Source of the DNA: Eledone cirrhosa
Lineage: Eukaryota
Length of the DNA: 64,000 nucleotides
Direction: 5' to 3'
Assembly (NCBI GenBank): GCA_964016885.1
Contig: OZ024764.1
Span: forward strand, 25,420,001 to 25,484,000
A program made the translations under genes and the position numbers. Every line of letters starts with the position of its first letter. Within the stretch, counting starts at the first letter, position 1. Shown here in pieces: positions 11,790 to 23,044 of this stretch. Below the pieces are notes generated by a model. That model was given only the letters and a program-made list of their open reading frames with translations. It was not told the origin of the DNA and ran no database searches.

Positions 11790-11976
11790 CCTTTCAAGGA
11801 TTTACACAGTCCAGCCTCCTGTCATTTCATTATAATATTTAACTCCGTACTAGCACCACCAACTACAAAAACAAAGACGGTTGAACTGCTTTACATTGAG
11901 TACTCTCCATATTATTACATTAAGATTGACCATACGGAATTGACCAGCTCTATCCAGTGGTGAACCTCAAACCTGA

Positions 11977-12046
<70 letters not shown>

Positions 12047-12187
12047 CTTGTGTATATATATATATACTTATATATGTTTATACTTAAGTTGTTTTTATTC
12101 CTTTTCGCTGGTTCTTTTCTGCCTCACTTTCATATTTCCTAAATTTTATTTTCAAATCCATATTTAATAAAGACACCATGTTTTTTA

Positions 12188-12248
12188 TTCATTCTGACGA
12201 CTGAAGACAGATACAACATCTGTCTTCAAGAAACTACTGGTAAATGAA
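12188..12248 (+). ncRNA. Hammerhead ribozyme motif
   Basis: TTCATT-CTGACGA-11-bp stem II (TGAAGACAGAT/ATCTGTCTTCA)-GAAA-CTACTGG-TA-AATGAA. Has a C-A mismatch at the base of stem II. Confidence 0.55.
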
Positions 12249-12449
12249 ATAATTATCTTATGTTGTTTATTACATAACTAAATATATATATATATAAAGT
12301 AATATATGAGGTTATAGTTTATATATATATATATTAATAAAAGGAATTCCAACTTTGTCTGATTTACTCGTTTTATTTACAATCCTTTAAAATGTATAAT
12401 GGTATTAGAATGAAATAGTATGGTAGAATGTTAAATGTTAAGTGTTAAT

Positions 12450-12488
12450 TGAACAAGTACTTTCATGCTTTCGCAATCTTCAGGTTCA
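12450..12488 (-). ncRNA. Minimal hammerhead ribozyme motif (left palindrome arm)
   Basis: TGAAC-CTGAAGA-T-TGC GAAA GCA-T-GAAA-GTAC-TT-GTTCA; stem III is palindromic (AAGTACTT). Confidence 0.55.
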
Positions 12489-12560
12489 TAATGTGTGGTG
12501 ACAGTCAAGTTTGCAATTTTCAACTGTGAAAATTGCAAACTTGACTGTCACCACACATTA

Positions 12561-12599
12561 TGAACCTGAAGATTGCGAAAGCATGAAAGTATTTGTTCA
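12561..12599 (+). ncRNA. Minimal hammerhead ribozyme motif (right palindrome arm)
   Basis: Same motif as the left arm, with GTAT in loop III. Confidence 0.5.
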
Positions 12600-12987
12600 A
12601 TTAACACTTAGCATTTAATATTCTACCATACTATTTCATTCTAATACCATTATACATTTTAAAGGATTGTAAATAAAACGAGTAAATCAGACAAAGTTGG
12701 AATTCCTTTTATTAATATAATCTTCTATACACAATCATACACACCCGTGTATATTTATCTGTCTATCTATATATATATATATATAAATGGAAAAGAATGA
12801 AACGAAATTTCATTTCTCACTCTTAGTACGGCTGATACTTAAATATAAGTATGTACACCTATATACATATATGTATACAGACGTACAGTAGTATGTATAT
12901 ATATATACATGCACACATATATATGTACGTGTATATATATATAGTAATATGTGAGGATATAGCATATATATATATATATATATATAA

Positions 12988-14396
12988 AGGCGACGGACAA
13001 GATCTGTGGTTGGAGCAAGTCCACGGGCAGGAGGAGAGTGACTTGGTGGTGGAACAATAAGGTAGATGAGGCAGTTAAGGCTAAGAGACAGGCATGGAAA
13101 GAATGGAAGAACGGGGGAAGCAGGGTACATTACATAGAGACCAAGAGGGAAGCTAGGCGACAAGTATACTTAGCTAGAAGGGAAGCAGAGGATAGAAAAT
13201 TCAAGCATGTTTTGCAACGTGAGGACCAGAAACAGGAGTGTTCAAGATTGCGAGGCAGTGTGTCAGAGAGAATTTTGATGTCATTGGAGAGAAGTGTATC
13301 CGGAATGATAAAGGTGAGCTTGCACTCACAAGTGCTGTGAAGAAAGATGCGGAGAAGAGCCATTATGATAGATTACTAAATGAGGAGAATGCATGGGAAG
13401 AAGACACTCTACCCCAAGTAAACCCTATAGAGGGGCCAGCAGTACAAGTCAGCAACAGCATAGTAAGTAAGGCAATCAAAGATATGAAGACGGGGAAGGT
13501 AACCGGTCCATCGGGTATAGCTGCCGAGATGCTGAAGGCATCTGGGTCGGTAGGTCACACCATAACCACACGTATAGTTAACCAGGTAATACTAGAAGGT
13601 GTCATACCAAAGGATTGGTGCAGCAGGATCATCGTCAACTGCTACAAGGGTAAAGGTGATGCACTAGATAGAGGAAACTATAGAGGTATAAAGCTGATGG
13701 ACCAGGTCATGAAAGTAACGGAAAGAGTTATAGCACAGTTGATTAGGGACCGGGTAAAACTAGATGAGATGCAGTTTGGGTTTGTGCCAGGAAAGGCACC
13801 ACTGATGCCCTCTTCCTTGTGAGGCAGTTACAGGAAAAGTACCTAGCTAAAAGTAAACCACTCTAACTAGCATTTGTTGATCTGGAAAAAGCCTTCGACA
13901 GAGTGCCCCGTGCTATAATATGGTGGGCTCTTAGAAAACTAGGAGTAGATGAATGGCTTGTGAAGGCTGTACAAGCCATGTATAGCAGAGCAGTCAGCAA
14001 AGTTAGGGTTAGCAATGACTATAGCGAAGAATTTAGCGTACAGGTCGGTGTCCACCAGGGCTCTGTTGTTAGCCCTCTCCTGTTTATTATAGTATTGCAG
14101 GTTATAACGGAGGAGTTTATGACAGGATGCCCATGGGAACTTCTGTACGCGGATGATCTCACACTTATAGCTGAATCTATGGTAGAACTAGAAAATAAAT
14201 TGCAAACATAGAAGCAGGGACTAGAAAGAAAGGGTCTCAAAGTCAACCTGACAAAGACTAAAGTTCTTGTAAGTAGATGAGAAAACAAAACCCAGATCCC
14301 CTCAGGGAAATAGCCTTGCTCAGTATGTAGGAAAGGTGTAGGTAGGAACTCCATTCTCTGCCCCAAATGCAAACAATGGGTACACAAGAGATGTAG
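12988..14396 (+). mobile_element. RTE LINE internal fragment, frameshifted
   Basis: VTWWWNNKVDEAV, NYRGIKL, DLEKAFDRV, GVHQGS and LLYADD. Same family as the element at 16888-20167, in the opposite orientation. Confidence 0.9.
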
Positions 14397-15054
14397 CACC
14401 CTTCCGTTCACTAAGCTCGTTCGACCGAGGTTACCCTATATAATAGACAGGACCCCCTGGCCGTGCTGCATCCTCCGGAATCGTTGCAAATCCCTCAAGG
14501 CCGATCCGCCCACCACGAGTCGGCTGCGGAACCGCATTTGGATACTATATATAACTAATTAAGTGAGGAAATTAACCCTTATTGATTACACCCAGTGATT
14601 TTTAGGATTTAGATTAATGAATATTTGTAGATAATTCAATAATTCGAGTTTACTCTATAGCATACCTAAGCCCAAATGTATAGTTGTGTATATATATATA
14701 TCATACATAACTATACATCCCTCCCTATAATTATAATTATTCCTCTTTGTCTCCCTTTCCTTGATCAATTCTCCTTTGCTCTCTATACCCCTTCTAGCTA
14801 TATTTTCCCCTCATGTTTCCTCTCTCTCTTTTTTCTTTCCTCTTTCTTCAATAATTATTTGAATCTCTAACAGTTATGTAAATTACTGTTCTGTATCTTT
14901 AGCTTTCTTACACTCACCCTCTGTATTATCTGTATTATATGTAAGTTATTTCATGTATCAATCTTAAGGTATATAAATATTGAGATTTGTCATATCTTAC
15001 TCACTACCATGACTGGATCTTAACCATCTACTATGTCAGGGTATGTCATGCATC

Positions 15055-15124
15055 ATCTTATTTTATCTGATGAGGACGTACTGTTGCAGTTAGCTCAGTA
15101 CCGCTGAAATATGTATAATAAGAT
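15055..15124 (+). ncRNA. Degenerate hammerhead ribozyme motif (Penelope-type remnant)
   Basis: ATCTTATT..CTGATGA..GTACTG/CAGTAC..GAAA-TATG-TA..AATAAGAT; imperfect stems. Confidence 0.35.
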
Positions 15125-15264
15125 ATACTTGATCACAATGAAGTTCTATTTTTGTTAATATTTTGAATGAATATTAATAACTCTGGAAAACCATACATGT
15201 TGAGTGCTTCAAATCTATTGTAAAACTAATTCTTTGATTTATTCATCGAACCTTGTTTAACCTT

Positions 15265-15267
<3 letters not shown>

Positions 15268-15320
<53 letters not shown>

Positions 15321-15335
15321 CACACATATATATAT

Positions 15336-15376
<41 letters not shown>

Positions 15377-16286
15377 TATATATACACACATATATATATA
15401 TATTATATAAACCGAGAGGTAGACATGTGTCACTGTATCCATCTCTCTCATGTGAGATAGACAGACACACATGTGTGTATATATATGTGTATATATGTGT
15501 GTATATGTGTATATATATGTGTATGTGTATATATGTGTGTGTATATGTGTGTATATGTGTGTATATATGTGTATATATGTGTGATATGTGTGTGTATATG
15601 TGTGTGTATATGTGTGTATATATGTGTGTATATATATGTGTGTGTGTTTATGTGTGTATATATGTGTGTGTGTATATGTGTGTATATGTGTGTATATATG
15701 TGTGTATATGTGTGTGTATATGTGTGTGTATATGTGTGTATATGTGTATATATATATGTGTGTGTGTGTTTATGTGTGTATATATGTGTGTGTGTATATG
15801 TGTGTATATGTGTGTATATATGTGTGTATATGTGTGTGTATATGTGTGTATATGTGTATATATATGTGTGTATGTGTGTATATGTGTGTATATATGTGTG
15901 TATATGTGTGTGTATATGTGTGTATATGTGTATATATATGTGTGTGTGTTTATGTGTGTATATATGTGTGTGTGTATATGTGTGTATATGTGTGTATATA
16001 TGTGTGTATATGTGTGTGTATATGTGTGTATATGTGTATATATATGTGTGTGTGTGTTTATGTGTGTATATATGTGTGTGTGTATATGTGTGTATATGTG
16101 TGTATATATGTGTGTATATATATGTGTGTGTGTGTGTTTATGTGTGTATATATGTGTGTGTGTATATGTGTGTATATGTGTGTATATATGTGTGTATATG
16201 TGTGTGTATATGTGTGTATATATGTGTATATATGTGTGTGTATATGTGTGTATATATGTGTGTATATATGTGTGTATATATATATA
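15268..16286. repeat. Compound (TA)n/(TG)n microsatellite
   Basis: About 1 kb of tatatgtgtg variants. Confidence 0.95.
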
Positions 16287-16805
16287 CAAAGATTGTGGAG
16301 AAAGTAGCTGAAGATGATATTTAGCAGGGATGTTGCTATTGATGCAGCCCCTACGTTGTCGTAGTAACAGATCATAAGATGTTGTAACATGAACTATTAC
16401 ACGGAGGTTGAAAGGTCCACACGAGCGTCGATGTAAATATACACACACACTTATATGTATATACACATGTACCGCGTGGTTAAACCCCTGGGAGTGAAGG
16501 ACCCCTAGCCTTTATCAGGGCATTCTTCTTGGAGAAGGCAACTCAGGAAACTGGGATAACTCCGATATAAAACCTGCGGCTCAGTAGTTACCGATGATGT
16601 TGATCTTTTCTTCTTTTCGGGTTATAGCTACTGTCACTCAGAGAGTGGGACTGGCTCAGTGCACAGTCTTGCCTCACTTTAAAACATATCTTCAGACACA
16701 GGCATTGCACGATAGAATTAATTAATAATTATTAATAATGGTATATCATGCAATGGCCATACTCGATAACGAGGGGGCAGCCACCATGTAAATATATATA
16801 TATGT

Positions 16806-16866
<61 letters not shown>

Positions 16867-16887
16867 CACACACACACATATATATAT

Positions 16888-19800
16888 ATCATCATCACCG
16901 TTTTACGTCCGTTCTTCCACGCTAGCATGGGTTAGACGGGTTGTCCTGTTGTGGGCAGTGTCTGGTCGGCTGACCATGCCTTGCTCATACAGGAACTGAT
17001 CTGGCTTGATTTCTACAGCTGGATGCCCTTCCTAACACCAACCTCATTTACAGTGAGTGCTGGGTGCTTTTTCGTGGCGCCTACACGTCCACTTTACAGT
17101 GTGGGCTGGGTGCTTTTTTGCCGTGGCACCTCCACGGCCACCTTGCGGTGGAGGGAGGGGGGCATATTGTTTATATGCTTCAGCATGTACCCATGGGAGG
17201 TCGGGTACCCTGTATTACTGCGTGACGCCAGAAGTCACGGTCGTGTGTCATTGACTTTGAGAGGTGTAGTTGGGTAAGGTCGGCTTTTATCACCTCATCC
17301 CAAGTCATCTTGGGTCTCCCCACTCTGCGGTTTCCATCAACTTCTAGTGCTCTGCACCTTTTTATGCAGCTGTCATCCTTCATACGCATCACATGTCCAT
17401 ACCAGCGTAACCGCCTCTCCTGCACGCAGCATTTGATTCCTCTTATGCTCAGTCTCTCTCTCAATTCCTTTATGCTTTGTCGTTCACGTATATTACTGCT
17501 ACACATCCATCGGAGCATGCAGGCTTCGTTTCTCTCTAATCTACGTAAGTCTTCCACCTTCAGCGCCCAGGTCTCGCTACCATGCAACATCGCTGTTCGG
17601 ATACACGCATCATACAGTCTGCCTTTCATTCTGAGGGAGAAGCCTTTTGCAGCTAGCAGTGGTAGTAGTTCCCTAAACTTCTTCCATCCCGTTCTTACCC
17701 TAGTTATTGTACTTTCTGAGCACCCACCTCCGTTGCTAATTCGGTCACCTAGGTAGCAGAAGCTGTCTACTGTTTCTACAGGGCCCTCCCAGAGATTGGT
17801 GGTACTTGTTTCCTGTGGCTGTTTGCTTGCTGTTTCAGCACAGCTGCTGCATGTGAATCCTACATTCTTAATTAAGCTTCCTGAGATCCCGCTACATCTC
17901 TTGTGTACCCATTGTTTGCATTTGGGGCAGAGAATGGAGTTTCTACCTACACCTTTCCTACATACTGAGCAAGGCCATTTCCCTGAGGGGATCTGGGTTC
18001 TGTTTTCTCGTCTACTTACAAGGACCTTAGTCTTTGTCATGTTGACTTTGAGGCCCTTTCTCTCTAGTCCCTGCTTCCAGGTTTGGAATTTATTCTCTAG
18101 TTCTACCATAGATTCAGCTATGAGTGCGAGGTCATCAGCATACAGGAGTTCCCATGGGCATCCGGTCTTAAACTCCTCCGTTATTGCCTGCAGGACTATG
18201 ATGAACAGGAGAGGGCTAAGAACAGAGCCCTGGTGGACCCCAACCTGTACGCTAAATTCCTCGCTATACTCATTGCCAATCCTAACTTTGCTGACTGCTC
18301 CCCTATACATGGCTTGTACCGCTTTCACAAGCCATTCATCTACTCCTAGTTTTCTAAGAGCCCACCAGATTACTGCACGTGGAACTCTGTCAAAGGCTTT
18401 CTCAAGGTCGACAAATGCCAAGTAGAGTGGCTTACTTTTAGCTAGGTACTTTTCCTGTAATTGCCTCACAAGGAAGAGGGCATCAGTGGTGCCTTTCCCT
18501 GGTACAAACCCAAATTGCATCTCGTCTATATTCACCCGGTCCCTAATCAGCTGTGCTATAACTCTTTCTGTTACTTTCATGACCTGGTCCATCAACTTTA
18601 TACCTCTATAGTTTCCTCTATCTAGTGCATCGCCTTTACCTTTGTAGCAGTTGACAATGATGCTACTGCACCAATCTTTTGGTATGGCCCCCTCTAGTAT
18701 TACCTGGTTAACGATACGTGTGGTTATAGTGTGACCTACAGACCCAGATGCCTTCAGCATCTCGGCAGCTATACCCGATGGACCGGTTGCCTTCCCTATC
18801 TTCATATCTCTGATTGCCTTACTTACTACGCTGCCGCTGACTTGTACTGCTGGTCCCTCTATAGGGTCTACGTGGGGTAGGGTCTCTTCTTCCCATGCAT
18901 TCTCCTCATTTAGTAATCTATCATAATGACTCTTCCATGCATCTTTCTTCTCAGCACTTGTGAGGGCAAGCTCACCTTTATCATTCCGGATACACTTCTC
19001 TCCAATGACATCACAACTATCTCTGACACACTGCCTCGCAATCTTGAATACCTCCTGTTTCTGGTCCTCACGTTGTAAAACATGCTTGAATTTTCTATCC
19101 TCTGCTTCCCTCCTAGCTAAGTATACTTGTCGCCTAGCTTCCCTCTTGGTCTCTATGTAATGTACCCTGCTCCCCCCGTTCTTCCATTCTTTCCATGCCT
19201 GTCTCTTGGCCTTGACTGCTTCATCTACCTTATTGTTCCACCACCAAGTCACTCTCCTCCTGCTTGAGGTCTTACTCCAGCCACAAACCTCATCCGTCGC
19301 CTCTAGTAAGTTATTTTTTAGGAACTCCCAGTTCTCTTCTACGTTAAATGTCTCTATCTGTTCTTCTTTACTGTCGTAGGCGTTGAGTAAAATATCTTTA
19401 AATCTGTTACTGGTTGAGGGGACTTTCAGCTTCCAGATCTTTCTTCTCCAGGTTGGCCTCTGTTTCAGGGCTCGTCTAGTTCTGACCGTGAGGTCGCTGA
19501 CAACTAAGCTATGTTGGGATGTACATTCCTCACTAGGGAAGGCTTTTGTGTTTACGACCGTCCATCTGTCACGTCCTCTGATGAGGATAAAATCTAACTG
19601 ACTAGAGTGCTCCCCTGATCTATAGGTGATCAGGTGGTTGTCGGGTTTTTTAAAGTTTGTGTTACATATCGACATGTCATTGGCGTCGCAGAATTCTAGA
19701 AGTCTGAATCCTTCCTCATTCCTTGTGCCAACTCCATGGCCTCCATGTACTCTATTGAAGCCGTCGCAGTGTTTACCTACGTGTCCGTTAAAATCTCCTG

Positions 19801-20167
19801 CAATGATTAGGAAGTCCTTGTCGTCTGTTAGAGCAGTAGTGTGTATTAGGGACTCGTAAAACCTATCCTTAAGTTCGTCTGGCAGCCCCGATTGGGGTGC
19901 GTAAGCTGATATTATTGTGGTAATTGTCTTATTCAGGACTAGTCTAAGTTTAATGATTCTTGCATTTACCCTGTACACTGAGATTACTTTATCTACCCAC
20001 TTGTCAGCTAATAGTATACCTACACCACCCATCCCATCGTCATTTCCCACCCAGAAAAATTTGTAGCACTGGCTTTTTCCTACAAGGACTCTAGCAGACC
20101 CTCCTCTCCATCTAGTCTCTTGCACACAGCATACATCAACTTCCTTTCGCTCTAGCATTTCTACGAT
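16888..20167 (-). mobile_element. RTE-clade LINE, young and slightly 5'-truncated, inserted in TA/CA microsatellite
   Basis: Uninterrupted APE-RT ORF, a ~290-bp 3' UTR and a (GAT)n tail. Confidence 0.93.
17180..20167 (-). CDS. RTE ORF: APE endonuclease + RT + PHD-like C4HC3 finger
   Basis: CVQETRW, AGDFNGHVG, LDFIL, SQH, NYRGIKL, LLYADD, CSVC..CPKCKQWVHKRC..CSSC and RRLRWYGHV. The first ~17 aa of the ORF-track protein come from microsatellite. Confidence 0.88.
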   Translation of the reverse strand: MVEMLERKEVDVCCVQETRWRGGSARVLVGKSQCYKFFWVGNDDGMGGVGILLADKWVDKVISVYRVNARIIKLRLVLNKTITTIISAYAPQSGLPDELKDRFYESLIHTTALTDDKDFLIIAGDFNGHVGKHCDGFNRVHGGHGVGTRNEEGFRLLEFCDANDMSICNTNFKKPDNHLITYRSGEHSSQLDFILIRGRDRWTVVNTKAFPSEECTSQHSLVVSDLTVRTRRALKQRPTWRRKIWKLKVPSTSNRFKDILLNAYDSKEEQIETFNVEENWEFLKNNLLEATDEVCGWSKTSSRRRVTWWWNNKVDEAVKAKRQAWKEWKNGGSRVHYIETKREARRQVYLARREAEDRKFKHVLQREDQKQEVFKIARQCVRDSCDVIGEKCIRNDKGELALTSAEKKDAWKSHYDRLLNEENAWEEETLPHVDPIEGPAVQVSGSVVSKAIRDMKIGKATGPSGIAAEMLKASGSVGHTITTRIVNQVILEGAIPKDWCSSIIVNCYKGKGDALDRGNYRGIKLMDQVMKVTERVIAQLIRDRVNIDEMQFGFVPGKGTTDALFLVRQLQEKYLAKSKPLYLAFVDLEKAFDRVPRAVIWWALRKLGVDEWLVKAVQAMYRGAVSKVRIGNEYSEEFSVQVGVHQGSVLSPLLFIIVLQAITEEFKTGCPWELLYADDLALIAESMVELENKFQTWKQGLERKGLKVNMTKTKVLVSRRENRTQIPSGKWPCSVCRKGVGRNSILCPKCKQWVHKRCSGISGSLIKNVGFTCSSCAETASKQPQETSTTNLWEGPVETVDSFCYLGDRISNGGGCSESTITRVRTGWKKFRELLPLLAAKGFSLRMKGRLYDACIRTAMLHGSETWALKVEDLRRLERNEACMLRWMCSSNIRERQSIKELRERLSIRGIKCCVQERRLRWYGHVMRMKDDSCIKRCRALEVDGNRRVGRPKMTWDEVIKADLTQLHLSKSMTHDRDFWRHAVIQGTRPPMGTC

Positions 20168-20384
20168 TATATATATATATATACACACACACACATATAT
20201 ATATATATATAGACACACACAGTATATGTATGTGTGTATATATCCAAGCTCATGTGGATCTGCATGGACCTATGCCCCTGGGTGAGTGTGCTACAGGTTT
20301 ACTTATTTAGTTCCCTTAATAGACTTCTCTACTTTCTACAGTCTCCACAAAACCAACTTCCCACCATATTTCCTTGTATATATA

Positions 20385-23044
20385 CAGTGGTACCTTGACT
20401 TACCAGTGTCCCAACTAACGAGTTTTTCGAGATACGAGCTGTCTCTCGGCCGATTTTTTGCTTTGAGTTGGGAGCTAAAATTCGGGTTACGAGCCAGCTT
20501 CACATACCCTACCTCTAATCGGCGTAGCGACCACCACAGTGAACGCCGTAACATCTGCACAACTTCCCATGGGTCCGAAGAAAGGGAAGGCGAAGGACAG
20601 TGCTGAGAAGAAGCAGATGATGTGCATTGAATTAAAGAAATAAATCACTGAAAAACGACTATGGTATGCGTGTAGTCGACTTGGTGAAGCAGTACGAGCG
20701 TAGCACTTCTATGATATGTACCATACTGAAGTAGAAGGACTTGATAAAGGCTATAACCCCAACTAAGGGTGGTAAAATAATTTCTAAACAGCGGACATCT
20801 ATCCATGAAAATATGGAAAAGCTGCTGATGGTGTGGTTGACGGAGAAGCAGCTCGCAAGAGATACCGTGATGAAGATTATAATATGTGAGAAGGCACGAG
20901 CTATTTACGCTGATTTGCTGCAGCAGACCCCAGGTACTTCTACGGATGAGCCATTGGCAAGCCCTTTAATGCCAGTCGGGGTTGGTTTGAGAATTTTAAA
21001 AAGAGGACCGGCATTCACTCCGTTGTCAGGCATGGTGAGGTAGCGAGCGCAGATATGAAGGCAGCTGAGGATTACCTCAAAACCTTTGTCGGAATTATAG
21101 CAGCCAAAGGATACATCCCTCAGCAAGTCTTTAACTGTGATGAAACAGGACTTTTTTGGAAGAAGATGCCAAGGAGGACTTATATAACGGCAGAGGAGAA
21201 GAGGATGCCTGGCCACAAACCCATGAAGGATAGGCTAACCCTCGCACTGTGTGCCACTGAGCGGTGACTGTAAGATTAAGTTGCCACTCGTTTATCATTC
21301 GGAAAACTCCAGAGCCTTTAAGTCACATAAGATTCTGAAAGAAAAAAACTGCAGGTTATGTGGAGGGCAAACCCGAGGGTGTGTGTCACCATGCAGTTCT
21401 TTGTGGAGTGGGTGAATTTGGTCTTTGGTCTTGATGTTAAGAAATATCTCCAGGAAAATAACCTACTCCTGCAAAACCTTCTCATCCTGGACAATGCACC
21501 TGCTCACCCACCTAACCTCGAAGATGACATCCCCACAGAGTTCAAGTTTATAAAGGTCCTCTACCTTCCACAAAACACCACCCCTATCCTACAGCCCAAG
21601 GACCAGCAGGTGATTTCTAATTTCAAGAAGCTTTTCACCAAGCACTTGTTCTGCCGCTGCTTTGAGGTGTCGGAGAGCACAAACCTCACCCTTCGACAGT
21701 TCTGGAAGGACCATTATAACATTGTGATATACCTCAGAATTGTCGATATGGTCTGGCAGGGTGTTACAAAGAGGACCTTGACCTCTACTTGGAAGAAGCT
21801 GTGGCCTGAGGTTGTGTCTGAAACGGACTTTGAAAGACTCGAACCCGAAGCGGCAGTGGTGGAGGAGATTGTACCCCTTGGTAAGTCCATGGGCCTGGAC
21901 ATGGATGAAGGTGACATCAACGAGCTCATCGAGGAACTGACAACGGAGGAGCTAAAGGTGCTACAGACGCAGCAGCACACGGAGGTTTTGCAGGAAATAG
22001 GTGACACGGAGGAGGTTATCTCTACAAGTGAGATAAAGGAAATATTGGGAATGTGGGACAAACTTTCAGTCTTTATTCAAAAGAAACACCCCAAAAAGTT
22101 GCAACTTGGTGTGCAATGGCGCTATTTAATGACACTTGCCTAACTTATTTCAGAAACATTCTGCAGGTTTACTTATTTAGTTCCCTTAATAGACTTCTCT
22201 ACTTTCTACAGTCTCCACAAAACCAACTTCCCACCATATTTCCTTGTATATATACAGTGGTACCTTGACTTACCAGTGTCCCAACTAACGAGTTTTTCGA
22301 GATACGAGCTGTCTCTCGGCCAATTTTTTGCTTTGAGTTGGGAGCTAAAATTCGGGTTACGAGCCAGCTTCACATACCCTACCTCTAATCGGCGTAGCGA
22401 CCACCACAGTGAACGCCGTAACATCCACCCAACTTCCCATGGGTCCGAAGAAAGTGAGGGCGAAGGACAGTTCTGAGAAGAGGAAGCAGATGATGTGTAT
22501 TGAAATAAAGAAAGAAATTATAGAAAAACATGACCAAGGTGTGTGTAGTGGACTTGGCGAAGCAGTACAAGTGTAGCACTTCTATGATATGTACCATACT
22601 GAAGTAGAAGGAGTTGATAAAGGCTATAACCCCAGCTAAGGGTGGTAAAACAAACCTCATTAGACAGGTTTTTAACGAAAACTCCTGCAGATAAAAGTGA
22701 GGAAAGCGAGGCGAAAAGGGCAAAAATCAGCGAATAAGATTCAGTTCATCCTTTCCCATCCACCTCCGTCAACATCCTCAAGTCGTCTGATTTCCAATGT
22801 AAATGCTGTACATTATACTTAATGAAATCAGTTTATTGCAGTATTATTTTTTTTTATACAATATTCGTTATTTATAAGTACATAAAACAGGTAAAAAAGA
22901 AAGTTGCGGTGTTTTTTGGGGCCCCGGAATGGATTAATGTCATTTCAATTCATTTCAATAGGGAAAATTGATTTGAGTTACGAGTAATTTGAGTTACGAG
23001 CTCTGTCACGGAACGAATTAAACTCGTAAGTCAAGGTACCACTG
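20385..23044 (+). mobile_element. pogo/Tigger DNA transposon: long truncated copy 20385-22164 plus internally deleted copy 22255-23044
   Basis: TIR CAGTGGTACCTTGACTTAC at 20385 and 22255, inverted GTAAGTCAAGGTACCACTG ending at 23044; TA flanks. Confidence 0.9.
20618..22143 (+). pseudogene. Tigger-type transposase (CENP-B HTH + DDE), disrupted
   Basis: MEKLLMVWL, VFNCDETGLFWKK, KDRLTL, LLILDNAPAHP and LQPKDQQVISNFK, spread across frames with stops. Confidence 0.9.

Larger units (their letters stand above)
10887..11836. mobile_element. Inverted pair of Penelope-like pseudo-LTR segments
   Basis: 10887-11131 is the reverse complement of 11451-11836, whose arm is interrupted by a TA/CA microsatellite. 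Each arm carries a hammerhead motif followed by AATAAA, and the element sits in (TA)n. Confidence 0.65.
12330..12719. repeat. Near-perfect 390-bp palindrome (193-bp arms, 4-nt loop)
   Basis: ...TTGCAATTTTCA actg TGAAAATTGCAA...; the arms match with only a few substitutions. Confidence 0.95.

Noticed and set aside
15257-16466. Cys/Val/Tyr/His-rich ORFs here and at 9-12 kb and 25 kb
   Set aside because: Dinucleotide microsatellite translations.
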